Shown here piece after piece: positions 10,184-24,355 of a stretch of 64,000 nt of DNA (positions are counted from its first letter, which is position 1; every line of letters starts with the position of its first letter). Both the position numbers and the translations under genes were made by a program. Location: the NCBI RefSeq assembly GCF_006345805.1, contig NC_042997.1:61814001-61878000 (forward strand), written 5' to 3'. This DNA comes from Octopus sinensis. Taxonomy: Eukaryota. The notes under the pieces are model-generated. The model searched no databases and was not told the origin of the DNA. It worked only from the letters and a program-made list of their open reading frames with translations.

Positions 10184-12564
10184 GTAAGTCCTTAACTACC
10201 TTTCATATTTTTCTTTCTACTCTACAAACCTCCTTTTCTCTATGTATCTACATATCTATGGATTTCTTTAACACAATTTTACTTAGATTATCCTCACCAG
10301 TAAAATACAGAAAGCTGTCATATATATCTCTCACCACTCTTGTATTAATATGGAAAAAAAAAATTAACTGTTTCACTAGTTAGGCGTTATGTGAATTGAG
10401 TTATTAGCTTTACTTTCTTTGTATATTTATCAGCAAACATATATGTTTTACTCATTTTCGTTGCTAATTTCATAATCATATACATTGATTATCTTTTTCC
10501 TGTTTTAATTGCTCTATCAGTGAGTTTGTTACCAGTGAAATACTGAACATGCTCCTATACTGAAACTAATGTGCAAGTAAACAGTTCTGTAGTATTCTGA
10601 AATTAACCCCTATGATAGAGACGAGTAATAGTTTTTAACGTACACTGTTTCACATACTCATGGATGGACACTAATATTTCTACGGAATATCTACAATATA
10701 CTATGTCTGTGTATAATTTGTGAGAAATCAATAGTTATGCGATATGTATGAGAAATAATCGCTGAGATATTGTACATTTTATAAATTGTCTTTCATGGAT
10801 ATTACTGAAAAGAAATAGAATAACACAATGTCTAATCATTATACAGACACGCGCGTAGATATATATTTACACTGACACCTGCACACACGAACACAGACAA
10901 TTCACAAACTCATGCACACGAGTACATCGGCACAAAATTGTCAATATTATTACAACACAAATAAGGAATCGATTTGCAAAGCAACTTCGATCTAAATTGA
11001 AGGAAAAGCTTGCTTTTTGAACCTTATTAAACACTATACTTACATATATACATACATACAGGGAGGGAGAGAGAGACTTATATATCTTAACATCGGCGCA
11101 AGGCTATACATGTCAGGTTGATGTTGGCAATTAAATCAATCACTGAACTTGATTTATATGTCTTCTTTTGCAACGGCTATATAAACACTTTATTAAAACC
11201 TTCATAAACACAGTCCATTATTCACACGTCTTTGGGTTATATATATATATATATATATATATAAATTTCGCTTTAAGTCTCGTAGGTGATCCACCAAAAA
11301 GTATGGATCAGTTTCTTATGTTTGCATCTATTAAACTAAACCCTGACTTTGTAATCTACTAATCTTTTTTCGTGTACATTACTATTTTGACTACGATTTT
11401 CCTCCCTTTTTCTCGTTATATTTTTGGAATCCTTTCTCATAAGGGTGTACTAATGATTGTCTTTTATCGCTATTTCTACTTTTATGTTTTTGTCTTCTTT
11501 GTTTCCCATTTAATGATTTCGCTACCAACATGTTCTTAGGTGGAAGACTTAATCCGTTGTCCAGTTTGACTCTCACCGTTTGATCTTTGTGTGTGTCTTT
11601 TTATCAGAGCCCGTCCTCATGCAAGCACTCACCTCAGATCTCTGATCTGTTAACTTCCTCCCATCAGTCACAGTGGTCCTGAAAAGGATTATGATCGCTT
11701 CCCTTAGTCTCTTTACTGAACCACTCTGAAAAAATAAAACAATATAAAAAACAACAAAATTGAGGTTATGTTAGAGAAATGGATATTTTCATTAGTACTT
11801 CGTATATTGTTTAGGGAAATGAACATTGTGTTCTGTGGCGTTCATCCTTTTCCCTACTTTCCGTAAGTGGAAAGCAGTTCCTATTGATGAACATAAAAGA
11901 CAGAACTTAATGTCAATAGAAATATTGGTGCACTCGAAACGCAAAGACGGACGACGATTCTGTCAGCTCGCCGCCTTAATTTTGGCATAAGGGCAGCAAT
12001 TTCGAGGGAGGAATTGAGTCGATTGTATTGACTACAGTGCTTCACCGGTGCCTACTTTATTAATTCCGAAAGGATGAGAGGCATTTGAACTCATAAGAGG
12101 TATTTGAACTCATAACGTAAAGACGGACTAAATGTCTCTATGTATTTCCCCTGGCGCGCTAACGATTCTGCCAACTTAGAGCCTTAAGTGTCAATAGAAA
12201 TATTAAGAAGCTTTAGTAATTAACGTAAATTTTGTATTTATTTGTGAAAAAAAAACAACTTTTTTTTAATACCGCTTTAAAAAAGTCTGCATTATTTTAG
12301 CATTAAATTCAGAACTAGATAAGTAAATTGAAAAAAAAAAAAAAAATCAGACTAATTAGGATCAAAGGATTTACAGCTGCCGTGTGTGTCTGTGTATAGT
12401 TTGCATTTGTTATTAAACCTTAATCCATAATAAACTGAAACAGCTTTTTAAATTTTCAGTAAGTAGAACAAGATAATGTTTCTGAATACAAACAATATAT
12501 TTGATACCTTTACAAATGCTAATAATATATATATATAAATACAAAATGGGACAAGAACGCAAAA

Positions 12565-12788
12565 CATCGTGGCCAAAAGTCACCCGACAGTAAATCAGAA
12601 TTCCATACATACTTAATATTCAATTTTATTTATTCATTCCAATAATGAAATGTTTAATAATTGAATTCTGTGAGTTAAAATCACCGTTTTTTTTTTTCAA
12701 CATTTATCTAAGTCTCACATAAAATAATTTCTTGTTTTAATCTTGGAATTAGATTTTTATTTATTTATTGTCAGGTGACTTTTGGCCA

Positions 12789-12795
<7 letters not shown>
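12565..12795. mobile_element. MITE with about 25-bp TIRs (possibly Tc1/mariner-type)
   Basis: GGCCAAAAGTCACCCGACAGTAAAT at 12571 and ATTTATTGTCAGGTGACTTTTGGCC ending near 12787. It abuts a (TA)n tract. Confidence 0.55.
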
Positions 12796-12827
<32 letters not shown>

Positions 12828-15619
12828 CAGCTACTAATCCCCTAACCACAATCGATTTCTGATAAAAAAAATTAAAGGAAACTTTTTTTTTCCAATTAGA
12901 AAAAAAAAAAAAAAGAAAAGAAAGATCAAATTCTGAGCCTCTTATGTTTAAAACCTAAAAACTTCTGACGATATGTTTCAAAACGGAGATAATTTTCAAA
13001 ATATTATTCTAAAACAAATGCTGAAATTTCAGCTAACTACTTCTCCCTCTTTAAAAAAAAAGAAAAGAAAAGAAAGATTAATCCCTTTCCCTAGTGCTTT
13101 TGAAACATTTACAACACTTGAAATCGAAACCGGATTGTTGGAACTTAACTCCTATGCTATAAAATCTAACACGTAGTGTGTGTATGTATGCATGAGTATG
13201 AATACACGCACACAATTATATGCTTATGCTGTGTGTTAGGCGATTAAAAAAATCCATTACGCAAAATGTACATTACGATTTAGTGAGTTGTTTATTTCTT
13301 TTTCCCCCCTGGTTCACAGACTATTTCTCTCTCTCTATCTCACACACATGTGTGTGTATTATATATATATGTGTGTGTGTGTATCTGTATTGCTTGGTAT
13401 CAATACTTTACATTAGTGCTAAATCAAATGTGCATGCATGTAAATACATGCAAAATACACTAGGAAATTACTTAAAATAAATATCAAATGTGTATGTCTG
13501 GTTAATACATTAATATATGTTAATTCCCTACGTTATCTCTCTCTCTCACATACACACACATATATATACACATACATACACACACACATATATGTGTGTG
13601 TATATATATATTTATGTGTGTGTGTGTGTGTGTGCATATACACACACACTTTAATGGATGGGAGAGAAAAGATGAATTGGCTAAGTTGTCATTGTCAGGT
13701 AGATTGCCTTGCAGTATTTGCTCTGGTTCTCTGTATTCTAAGTTGGTGAGGTGAACTTAGCCTTTCATCCTCTCGGACTTGATAAATGTACCACTCTCTG
13801 AAAAGAACTGACTGCGGTCTGTCTTAAAGAGCAATGGTCCTACGATGACGTTATAAACAACAACAACAAAAAAAAAGTAAAAAGAACTAATAACGTTATT
13901 CATTCTTTATCAATTGTCAATATCATACTATGGGCTAAGGCAGTGAGCTGGCAGAACTGTTAGCATGTTGGGCAAAATGCTTAGTGGCATTTCATCCTTT
14001 TGTGTTCTGAGTTCAAATTCCACCTTTCATCCTTTCAGGGCCAATAAAACAAGTGCCAGTTGAGTCCTGGGGTTGACGTAACTGACTAGTCCCCTTCCCT
14101 GAAGTGGCTGCTTATGTGACAAATTTGAAACCAGTATCATATCATAGGTTGTCGTGTGTGTGAATATGTGGTGGGTAATATGTATTTTGGAAGTTTGTTG
14201 CTTTTTCCAAGGAAGTCTTTAAAAACTGTTGTGTTGCTGTAGGTCAGCTGTGGTGTGGTAGACCTATTATAGGAAGCTGGGTTCAATAATCAGGTGAGGC
14301 TTACATATGCCATGTCTCTACCAAAATGGCAATACCATGCACTCCAGGAAGACATGCAATGAGGTGGTGAAATACGATATGACAAGGGACTGAGACTTTT
14401 GGTGAATTGCTGTGAGTGAGAAGATACATCAAGCTAAGTGAAATCATAGTTGTGGCCAATGCTTGTGACTTATGAAAGGCAACTGTGCCAGTTACATGTA
14501 AAAGACACCCTCTACATTCTGTGGAGTGGTTGGCATAAGATGGGCATCTGGCATAGAAACCAAGCCAAAGCAGACGTCTGGAGTTTGGTGCAGCTTTTAG
14601 GCTTGTCAGCTCTGGTCAAACTGTCTTATCTATGCCAGCATGGAAAACAGATGCTAAATGATGTTTTCAGAGAGAGAGAGAGATGTTCCCTCTATTTTTA
14701 GCAAGTCAAGTGATCATTTAGAGGCTCCTTTGTTAGCTCTAGATTTGGGTGATTGTCACAGCCAGAAGAGATGAGTGGTCTCAGAATGTAATAGTATTCT
14801 TTTGCGCCTACCAATGATGGTATGGGCATTAACATGATGCTTATGACTATTAATATTGTAGCTCTATTTTCGTGTGTATGCATTTGTCTGGGCAGTGGAC
14901 AGTGATATAGTAGGTTATCGGCAAAGGATGGTTTGGCAGACCAGTGGAAATTTTCCCATTCTGGGTGTTTAGTTTGGGTTGATTTTTTGCATATAGAGTC
15001 AGGAAGTATTCTGTGGCAACAAACTTATTTTGTATTTTTAGTATTTCTTTTTTGTGTTGGTTATCTAAGTACAGCTTGTTCAAGTTAGCATGGCTGGTGG
15101 ATGAGGTTGTTCTTTGTCATTTGTTGTGATAAGTTTTAATATGGCACTTGTGAGTATTTGAATGAGCCTCATCTACATGCTAGCACCCAAATCTCCTTTA
15201 AACTTCACACTGCTATTTTAAAAGTGGAATAATGTGCTACATAAATTCTTCTCCAAAATAATGTCAGAAAAGAAGATTGGATCATTGTGGCTGAATAATA
15301 AAAATTTCCAACTCTGTTGTGGCTTGTTTACCACCTCTCTTTCTCTCATATTGTAGTTGATCTTCTTTTTCTGTCTGGAGAAGCATGAAAATTGTATCAT
15401 TTCAACATGTACCAACAAGCAGTTCAAGTCATTTTGTGAAGAAACTTTTTTCATAATATGTATTTGTTGAGGATAATCATAACCATTGTCAACATTTACA
15501 TTCTTTGGGCATCTGATTCTCACAACTATTTGTTTTAACCCAAACCTTATACTATATCATGTATGACTTCAGAATCATTCTCATTTCTTTTTAGAAATTG
15601 CTAGTTTGCCTAATCTTCA

Positions 15620-16110
15620 GTATTTAGTCACAGGTGAATGACCATGCCCAAACCCTTAGCAGGCCCTCTTGGATTTGTGAAATTGATGCTGGTTGATATT
15701 TTGAACTTCTGTTAACTTGACATCTGCAGCAGTTACATGGACAGATAGGGAATTCCAAGAGACTAGTTGTTCTTATCAAGAATGGGCAAAGTGTTTGGCA
15801 TGGAATCTGTGAGGCATAGGAATAACTGTAGGAGAGCTGAGTGTATTTCTGTGTGAGGGAAGTATGCTGCTAGCCAGTTCAGAGGTTGTTGTAGAAGAGG
15901 TGAAATTAAGCAGCTGCAAGCTGTAGGTTTAAGTGGGTGAAATCTTTACTTTTCAACCAAGTGGTCTTTTGGATGTGATTTAGAATGTGTGTGTGGCACA
16001 CTTTTCCAGGTATGTGAATGGTATTCCAATGGAGCTCTTATTTGGGCTGTGTCATCATCCTCAATTTTGGCAAGCTTTTAAACTATCCAAGCTGCATTAG
16101 TTGTATGGGA
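15620..16110 (-). mobile_element. Heavily decayed 3' end of an L2/Jockey-like LINE
   Basis: Frameshifted RTTSL-WNSL...QKFK-like C-terminal motif on the minus strand, of the same type as 50690-51095. Boundaries are approximate. Confidence 0.4.
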
Positions 16111-16689
16111 AATGATTATGGCGATGTTATATATGAAAGTTTGCCACGAGAAATCACTTGTCCCCATTGCTATATTGCTATATATTAATGCCAAACTAAT
16201 TTTCTATTGCTTCTTATTAAAAATGGGTGAACTTTAGAGAAATTTTATTGTAGTTTCTCCTTTTTGTTGTTATAGATTAGCTTTGACTTTTATATTGACA
16301 GTGTAATTATGGAAAATAACTTGGGGAGCACTCATCATCATCAAACATTCATTTTCCATGCTGGCATGGGTTGGATGATTTGACAGAAGCTGGCCAGGCT
16401 CCATGTCTGTTTTGGCATGGTTTCTATGGTTGGATGTCCTTCCTAACATCAACCACTTTACATAATGTACTGGGTGCTTTGAAGAAGCACTAGCATGGGT
16501 GCAATTATGTGGCACCAGTACGGGTGTTTTTTTACATGACACCAGCACCCACAAACCTGCAAGGTTGGAAGGAATGCTCAGCTGGAGAGGGATGCTGGGG
16601 ATGGTCTGTCTGCAAGGGTGGCCATTCTTTTACTTAGTGTGATGTGTGTTTTCAAGCACAGCAAACCATCAGGAGTATCGGTCCCTTGT

Positions 16690-16910
16690 CATCCCTTCTG
16701 TGAGTCCCAACATCTGTAAATCCTTCCTCATCACTTCATCCCATATCTTCCTGAGTTTACCCCTTCCACATCTCCCCTCTACAATTAGAGATTAGCACCT
16801 CTTTATGCAACTGTCTTCATTCATATGCATTACATGGCCATACCAGTGCAGTCTTCTCTCTTGCATGCTACATCTGATGCCTCATATACCCAGTTTTTCT
16901 CTCAAATCAC
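16690..16910 (-). mobile_element. Decayed RTE C-terminal fragment
   Basis: Similar to 43510-43730 (CCATACCAGTGCAGTCTTCTCTCTTGC), the RL.WYGHV region. Confidence 0.7.
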
Positions 16911-17102
16911 ACTCCTGTATACTAAATGCCAGTACAGTAGGATCTTACATTTGTAATATGAGTTGAAAAACATTAACCAGTTGAGATTATCCAAGTAATT
17001 GGCAGGCTAAAATTCCCTCTAGAGATATTCAAAATTTAAAATCAATAAGCAAGGAAGATAATTCCAATGAGATCTCTTTTCAAAATTTTTGAACCATATA
17101 GG

Positions 17103-17540
17103 TGCAGGTATTGCTGTGTAGTAGGAAGTTTGCTTACCAATCACATGGTTCTAGGGTCAGTCCCTCTATATGATATTTTAAGCAAGTATCTTCTACTATA
17201 ACCCCAGACTGAACAAAACCTTATGAGTGGATTTGGTCGATGGAAACTGAAAGAAGCCTCTTTGTGTGTGTATATATAAACAGATATGTGTGTGTCTGTT
17301 ACTGTCTCCTTGCATTGACATCACGTGATAGTTGTAAACAGATTCACTGTCCTGCAAGCAGTGTCCTTTGTTGTCAGTCTTCTGTCAAAACATGCCTAGT
17401 TGTGGGGAAATATTACTTTACTTTAAACGGTTGAAGGTTGGTGACAAGAAGGGCATCTGCCCATAGATAATCTTCCTCAACAAATTCCATCAGAGCCATG
17501 CAATCATGGAAAAGTGGATGTTAAAATGAGGATGATGATG
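17103..17540 (+). mobile_element. tRNA-derived SINE with RTE-like (GAT)n tail, representative of many copies
   Basis: Degenerate A/B-box head, shared core TGAGTGGATTTGGT..ATGGAAACTGAAAGAAGCC, and a tail CATGGAAAAGTGGATGTTAAAATGAGGATGATGATG resembling the RTE 3' end. Confidence 0.75.
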
Positions 17541-18918
17541 AATCAATAGATAATTTGAAAAAAAGGATGTCTTATAAACAAAACTAATTATATGAATGCT
17601 TGTATAAAGTGATTTAAGTACAGCATCAGAAAGTACAACTAGTTTCTGGAAGCAAAAGAATGACTGATTAATTAAAAGTTTAAAATTATGTACAATTTAT
17701 TAAGCTGTTGTAAAATAGTTTTCCTTGGTATAGATGAATAAGAGAATAGAAATAAATCATAGATATGGTGTCTACCTAAGCCATGTCTACATATGTACAT
17801 ATATATGTATACACACTCACACACACGTACGCATGCACACTCACACGCACATCCCTGCCGCATTATGGCTGCCTCAGGTTACAGTATTTCTTGCTTATAG
17901 AAATTGTAAAGTTTGACCATTATTTTTGGTACATGGCCTGTAATTTTGCTTGTACAAAAACTCATATTGTGTAGTTTTAAATTATTAACTAAGTGCACTC
18001 TGCTGAGTGGTTGGTGATAGGAAGAGTATCCTGCTGCAGAAATCCTACCAAAACAGTCACAGAAGTCTGGTTGCAGGCTTCTGCCTGGCCAACTTCTGTT
18101 AAACCATCCCACCCATGCCAGCATGGAGGGCAGACATTAAATGATGATTTGAAATGGATTTGCTTATCTACTCTGTACTATATATTACTGTTGCTGTTGA
18201 TGATATTAAGAAGCTACTCTTATGATACTAGGGAATTATTAATTCCCTAACATATTCCTCTTGGGAATGTTTTTGCATTTTCATGTATCTGTATTCTACT
18301 GTGTATGTTTAGAAATATTTATTTTCATGTATAAAGGTGATCATGCTGCTTGTTGTCTGTTGTTTTCTTGTGCTTCTTTTATTCTACTTTTCTCCCCAAA
18401 AGTCCATAGGAATGCAATCTGACTTGAAAATATGAAAAGTATTGGAAAATTAATTTCACATTATGGAATTTTGTGTTGCAGCCAGATTTTCAAGAACGCA
18501 TTACCTCCGTAAAGCAAGGGATTTCTGTGTGTATATATATATATATATTAGTTGTTTAATCATGGGACTGTGGCAATTCTAGGACACTGTCTTGAAGGGT
18601 TTAGTTAAGTGAATCAACCTCATTACTTATTTTTTAAAGTCTGGTACTTTTACTGTTGATTTCTTTTGCTGAGCTGCTAGTCATGGGGATATAAACTCAC
18701 CAACACTGGTGACAGGGGACAAACAAAGACACACATATATGATGGGTTTCCACACAGTTTTTATCTACCAAATTCATTCACAAAGCATTGGTTGACTTGG
18801 GGTTATAGTAGAAGATGCCTGAAGTGCCACGGAGTGAGATTGAGCTCAAAACGACATGATTGCAAGGGGTACCCTTTAACTGCATAGTCATGCTTGTGTC
18901 AGTAGGCATGCATTATAT

Positions 18919-19143
18919 TTAACCCTTTTGCATTCAGATGAATTTATCAAATGCAAATGCTTTTTTATATGCATTTCTTAAAATTAATCATGTATCTTGT
19001 AGCTTTCAGATTTTGATGGTGTGATTGTTTATTTTTAGATTGACGTTGTAAAGTAGGTATGAGAGGTTGGATTTACCAGTTTGAACATAAAACAGGGAGG
19101 ATATATTGGCTGGATTTGTTTGGTTTAAATGCTATGGGGTTAA
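18919..19143. mobile_element. TTAA-flanked MITE of about 225 bp (piggyBac-like)
   Basis: TTAACCCTTTTGCATT...AATGCTATGGGGTTAA. One of at least nine copies in the window. Confidence 0.7.
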
Positions 19144-20479
19144 AAAATCATTTATACATCTGCTTTTCATACTGGCCTGTGTTGTATAGTTTGACAAGAT
19201 CCAGTGGGTCAGTAGACACCATGTTGCTTCTTCATCTTAGTCTTAGCATGGTTTCTATGGTTGGATGCTCTTTCTAACATCAACCATATTACAGTTTATA
19301 CTGGGTCCTTTTTTTCCTGGCATTAGTATTGGTGAGGTTGCCTTGTAATTTGCAAGACTACAGAGTTACTATATAAGAGGAAGAGAAAGGGCAGTGATTT
19401 GTGGTGAGGTGTTGAGAGATTAAAGTGTGGTGTGAGGTTTATTGCTTATTTGTATCAAAGCAAATCAAGTTGGTGCAGTTTGAGTTTCATAAAAAGGCGC
19501 AAAAACCTAAACATATATAGAAGAAAAAAGAAAATTTTGTTCATATGAACAAATTTAAAAAATTTTCTGGGAAAGTACTTTTTATCTAAAATGCTGTATT
19601 AATTTACATAATTACTTTAAATGAATTATTTATCTATAACCTTTTCAATGTCTGATGCAGTGTTGGGTATTATTCTATACTTAGTTTTTCTGCAAGGAGT
19701 TAAAATATAAATTTTAGAGCCTCTGACCTTCTCGAAAAGGTGTCTGTGCAAAATTTCAATTGCCTTAATTACAAAACTAACCTACAAATTAGAACATACA
19801 TTCATTTTTTTATTCAAATTTTATTGTTTTACATCAATTTTAAGTTAACTCCTGGTCAGCCATAAACCATCAAGCCTATAGTCAAAAGTGTTTCATCTGT
19901 GGGTATTCCAGTCATTATTTTTTAATAATAATGTATCAAAGAATATATAGTCCAGTCTGCTCTGCATTCCAAAGACAGTATAATGTGATTGGAGTTAGGT
20001 TTGGTTGTCATGTCTATCTAGTCAAGGCTTTTATTGACTAGAATATGTTTATTTGTTGCACTAATTGTTTTACAGCATACAACTTTTCTATTCCTAGCAT
20101 GAAACACTTAACTGTGGAGTAGAACTTGCTTGGTTAGGCAAACTTGAGCCTATGAACTTATCTGACTTGCTCAAGGACATAACATAGAAATACACAATAA
20201 TATGGTACACGCAGACTCTTAATCTCATAGTCATTGTGTCTCATACAGGGAAAATTCAAAATTTAAGAAATTATAATCTGATGTTATGTAAATTGTCTGC
20301 TTGCGAGCATCATTGTTGTTTTTCCCAATGTTGTATATAGGTTAGGTTGGCATGCAGCATATCTAACCATGCATCGTGATTCTTTACCATCTGCTCTAGT
20401 ACTTGCAGTATTGTAATGAACTGTGGGCTGAAAACTGTGCACTAAAGGACCCCCTTCATGCTTGCTAAACTCCTTGCAA

Positions 20480-20740
20480 ATTCTAATCTTGCTCAATGCA
20501 TCTCTCATAGCTTGTAGGACACTCAAGAGCCATTCATCTACACCTAATGTTCTTTGTAATCATAACACTACAGAGCATAGGACCATGTCAAGCCTTTTCA
20601 GTGCAATGAATGCTAAGTATAGCAGGTTACTCATAGCTAAGGACTTTTCCAGGAGTTGTTTTTGTTGGAAGAATGTATCTGTGATACCATGTCTTGGTAC
20701 AAACCTGAACTGCATTTCATCTAAGCTAATTTTCTTCCTC
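20480..20740 (-). mobile_element. Decayed RTE RT fragment
   Basis: ISLDEMQFRFVPRHGITDTFF..QLLEKSLA..LYLAFIAL aligns to the RTE ORF. Confidence 0.8.
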
Positions 20741-22867
20741 ATCATTGTTTTATCATTCTTTTTGTTATTTCATAATGTAGTCCATCAACATAATGTCTCT
20801 TCAGTTGTATTTTTCTAGAGGATCTCCATTGCTTTTGTTACACTTACTCAAGGAAGATTTCCTGAAGTAAGCATTACAAATGGTCAAGTTATTTTCATTC
20901 ATATATATTGATGAAAGATCTAAGACTTGTCACTGCCCCCTACCTTCTCAAAAAGCAAAAAAAAAAAAAAAAAGTACTGTTGCTCTTCAAAAGAAGTCCT
21001 TTGTGATATTCTGTGTTGAATTATAGACACTCTTTTGTCATCATCACTGTCAAGAAATAAGCGAACCAATGAAGAAATTGAGCTTCAACAAGGTTATATG
21101 ACTTGCTAGAAATAGTCAAATTTTGAAATCAAGCATCTTAAATAAAGAGGTATACATTGGACCATGTAGTCCCTGATATACAAAAATATGGGATAGACAT
21201 TGTTGGAATATCTTTAGAAATCTGTGAGCACAGATATTCTTCAGAATTGTGATATAAAAGAAAATTAAGGTAAAACTATATAGAAATAATTCCATGAACT
21301 GTGATTTTTTGATCAATCTGCTTTATCCCTTTTATCATCATATTTCTTCTGAAATACGCTGCCTTTGTTTTAATTAATTATGAAAATAAGGAAGAATTTT
21401 AGTAAGTTAACTTTGTCATTAAGTTGGTATTTGTGGTATGAATTGACATGAAATCTTAATGGAGGTTTTTAATTTAAATCAATTTAGAACGGGAAACTTT
21501 TATCAGAGATTCAGGGGCAGTTTCAGACTGGCTGGTATCGAAAGGATTATAACAAGTATTGGAAAAAGGGTATTGGTCGCTAAAAGAAAATGAATTTCAA
21601 CAAGGTTACATGACCTGCCAGAAATAGTCAAATTTTGAAATCAAACTTCTTATTTAAAGAAATATACATTGATCCATGTAATCCCTGATATACAAAAATA
21701 TTGGATGGTCATTGTTGGAATACCTTTTATTCATATGTTTACTTGGTTGGTGTTGACTTGTTGTTAATAACAATAAATAATAAAAAAAATAATGAAAGAT
21801 TCAGTGTTTTAGAATTCATTTTGGTACCATTAAGTAAGCAATTCTCACTTTGTTTACTTCATTGTCTAAAGCCACTTATTAAACAAATCTTAGTACTTTT
21901 TTTTGACCTTGGTCATTTATTCTTCTCATTAATTTATATTCTTCCTTGGAATGAAGATTTTGGACATCTTCCCATGGGTTTTTGTAATCCTGTGAGTGTT
22001 GAGAATGGTTTTATTGATGAATCCATAGCCAATACTGCTAATTGTTGGTATATATTATCTTTGAGCTGTTTTTAGTGTCAGCATTTCTTTTATATTACAA
22101 AAATGGCATTTTATGTATTGAAGATTTGGGTATTTTCCAGTATATTTCTATTAACAGGATGTCCTGAACTGGAATTATTCGAACATTAGAAACAGCCCAG
22201 TCTGTACCTTAGACAGAAGAAGCAGAGTAGAGAGTCCATTCTATAGTGTATGTAGACAGACAGGAAGAACCTTTTATTTTTCTTTAATAAGCAGCTTGTT
22301 TTCACAATCTTTCCATTCATATTTACTTTTTTTTTATTTTGTTTTTAATGCCTTTTTGAGTTGAAGTAACCCAATACCCTCAGTATTTCTCTGTACTATT
22401 CTCAGTTATGAAGAATTTCTATACTTAACCTGTGACTATTCTTGTAAATGCACCTTTTCTTTCATTCTTTCTTTCTTCTTTTTTTTTCATATGCATCATT
22501 CTGTTTCATAGTCTGCACATAGCAATGTAAGCATTGATTCGTTCCTAACATACACTTCACTTAGCTCTCACATTCATGCCTCTTACACAAAGCTGACAGG
22601 AATGTAGTTATGACAGTAGCTTTGCCAATTAAGTAAGCCCACGTGTTATGTATGTGTTGTAATTGAGTTATTCTCAGATTTGTAATAGATTCGGATTGAA
22701 GTTAGACATAGGGAAACTTATGTTGTGAGAATTCTTTGCATTCTTATCATATAATTAGAGTGCTTGTTTTGACAGGAAATATTTTCAGTTAACTAATCTA
22801 CATAATTTTTTTCATTTCAACCAGACTTTCCTATCTATGTAATCTATCTTGATCGATTGATTATTTG

Positions 22868-22898
<31 letters not shown>

Positions 22899-24155
22899 CA
22901 TACATATAGAGAGAGTGAGAGATACAGTTTTGTAGTGTTTAATAGTTAAGGAAATATTAACATATTAAATGTAGAAAGCATTGAAGGGCAAATTAGAAAT
23001 ATTCATTTAGAGGAATGCAAATCTAATTAATAGTTAATATTATTTTAACTAAGTGCACTTCTTGATACATGGTTTTTGAGTTCAGTCTCACTGCATGGTA
23101 CCTTGGGTGAATGTCTTCTATTATAGCCCCAGGCCGACCAAAGCCTTGTGAGTGAATTTGGGAGGCAGAAACTGAAAGAAACCCATCATGTGTGTGTGTG
23201 TGTACAAGCAAGTTTGTATGGTTTGTAAACAGTAGCTTCCTGATGTGTCATTTGCTTGCAGTCCACTATGAAAGCATGTCCAGACTGTTTGTTGTTTGAT
23301 AACTGGGAGATTATTACCTTGCTCAGAAACAACTGGAGGGTTGGTGACAAAGGGTATCCAGTTGTAGAAAGCTTGGTTCCAACTTACTTTTATCTGACCC
23401 ATGCGAGTATGGAAAAGTAGACATTAAAATGGTGGTGATGGTATAATTGGGTTCAGTCCTGCAGTGTTGCACTTTGGTGTTGGTGGTGTGGGGGCAAGGA
23501 ATCAAGTTTCTATAATAGCCCTGGACCAACAAATACTTCGTGAGTGAATTTGATAGACTTGATCAGAAGCTTGTTGAGGGTGTGTGTTTGTGTTCGTCTC
23601 TCACTGTTTGACGACTGGTGTGGTTTTTTTTTATATCACTCTAACTTAGCAGTTCAACAGAATAGAGATTGAAAGAATATGTACCATACTTAAAAGAAAA
23701 TATGGACTGGAATTGATTTTATTGACTAAAACCCATCAAGAATAGCTACAGCCAGCCCATTGATTTATCATCATCATCATTTAACGCCTGTTTTTTATGC
23801 TGGCATGGGTTGGACGGTTTGACAGGAGTTGGCCCGGCAGAAGATTGCACCAGGCTTCACTGTCTGTTTTGGCAGGGTTTTTATGGCTGGATGCCCTTCC
23901 TAACACCATCCGAATTTATGTTTGTTAAATATATTCTTTGCTTTTACTTGTTTCAGTCTTTTCGACTGTGGCCATGCTGGAGTACCACCTTGAAGGATTT
24001 TAGTCTGATAAATCGACCCTAGGACTTAGTAGTTTTTTAAGCCTAGTACTTATTCTATCAGTCTCTTTTGCCGAACCACTAATTTATGGGGACGTAAACA
24101 CACCAACACCGGTTGTCAAACGGTGATCAGAGGACAACCACAAAGACTCGCACAG

Positions 24156-24355
<200 letters not shown>

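Noticed and set aside
10081-10383. 100-aa ORF in the track
   Set aside because: It starts at TTG and reads through the GTAAGT donor into intron. Only 10129-10183 is kinase-like.
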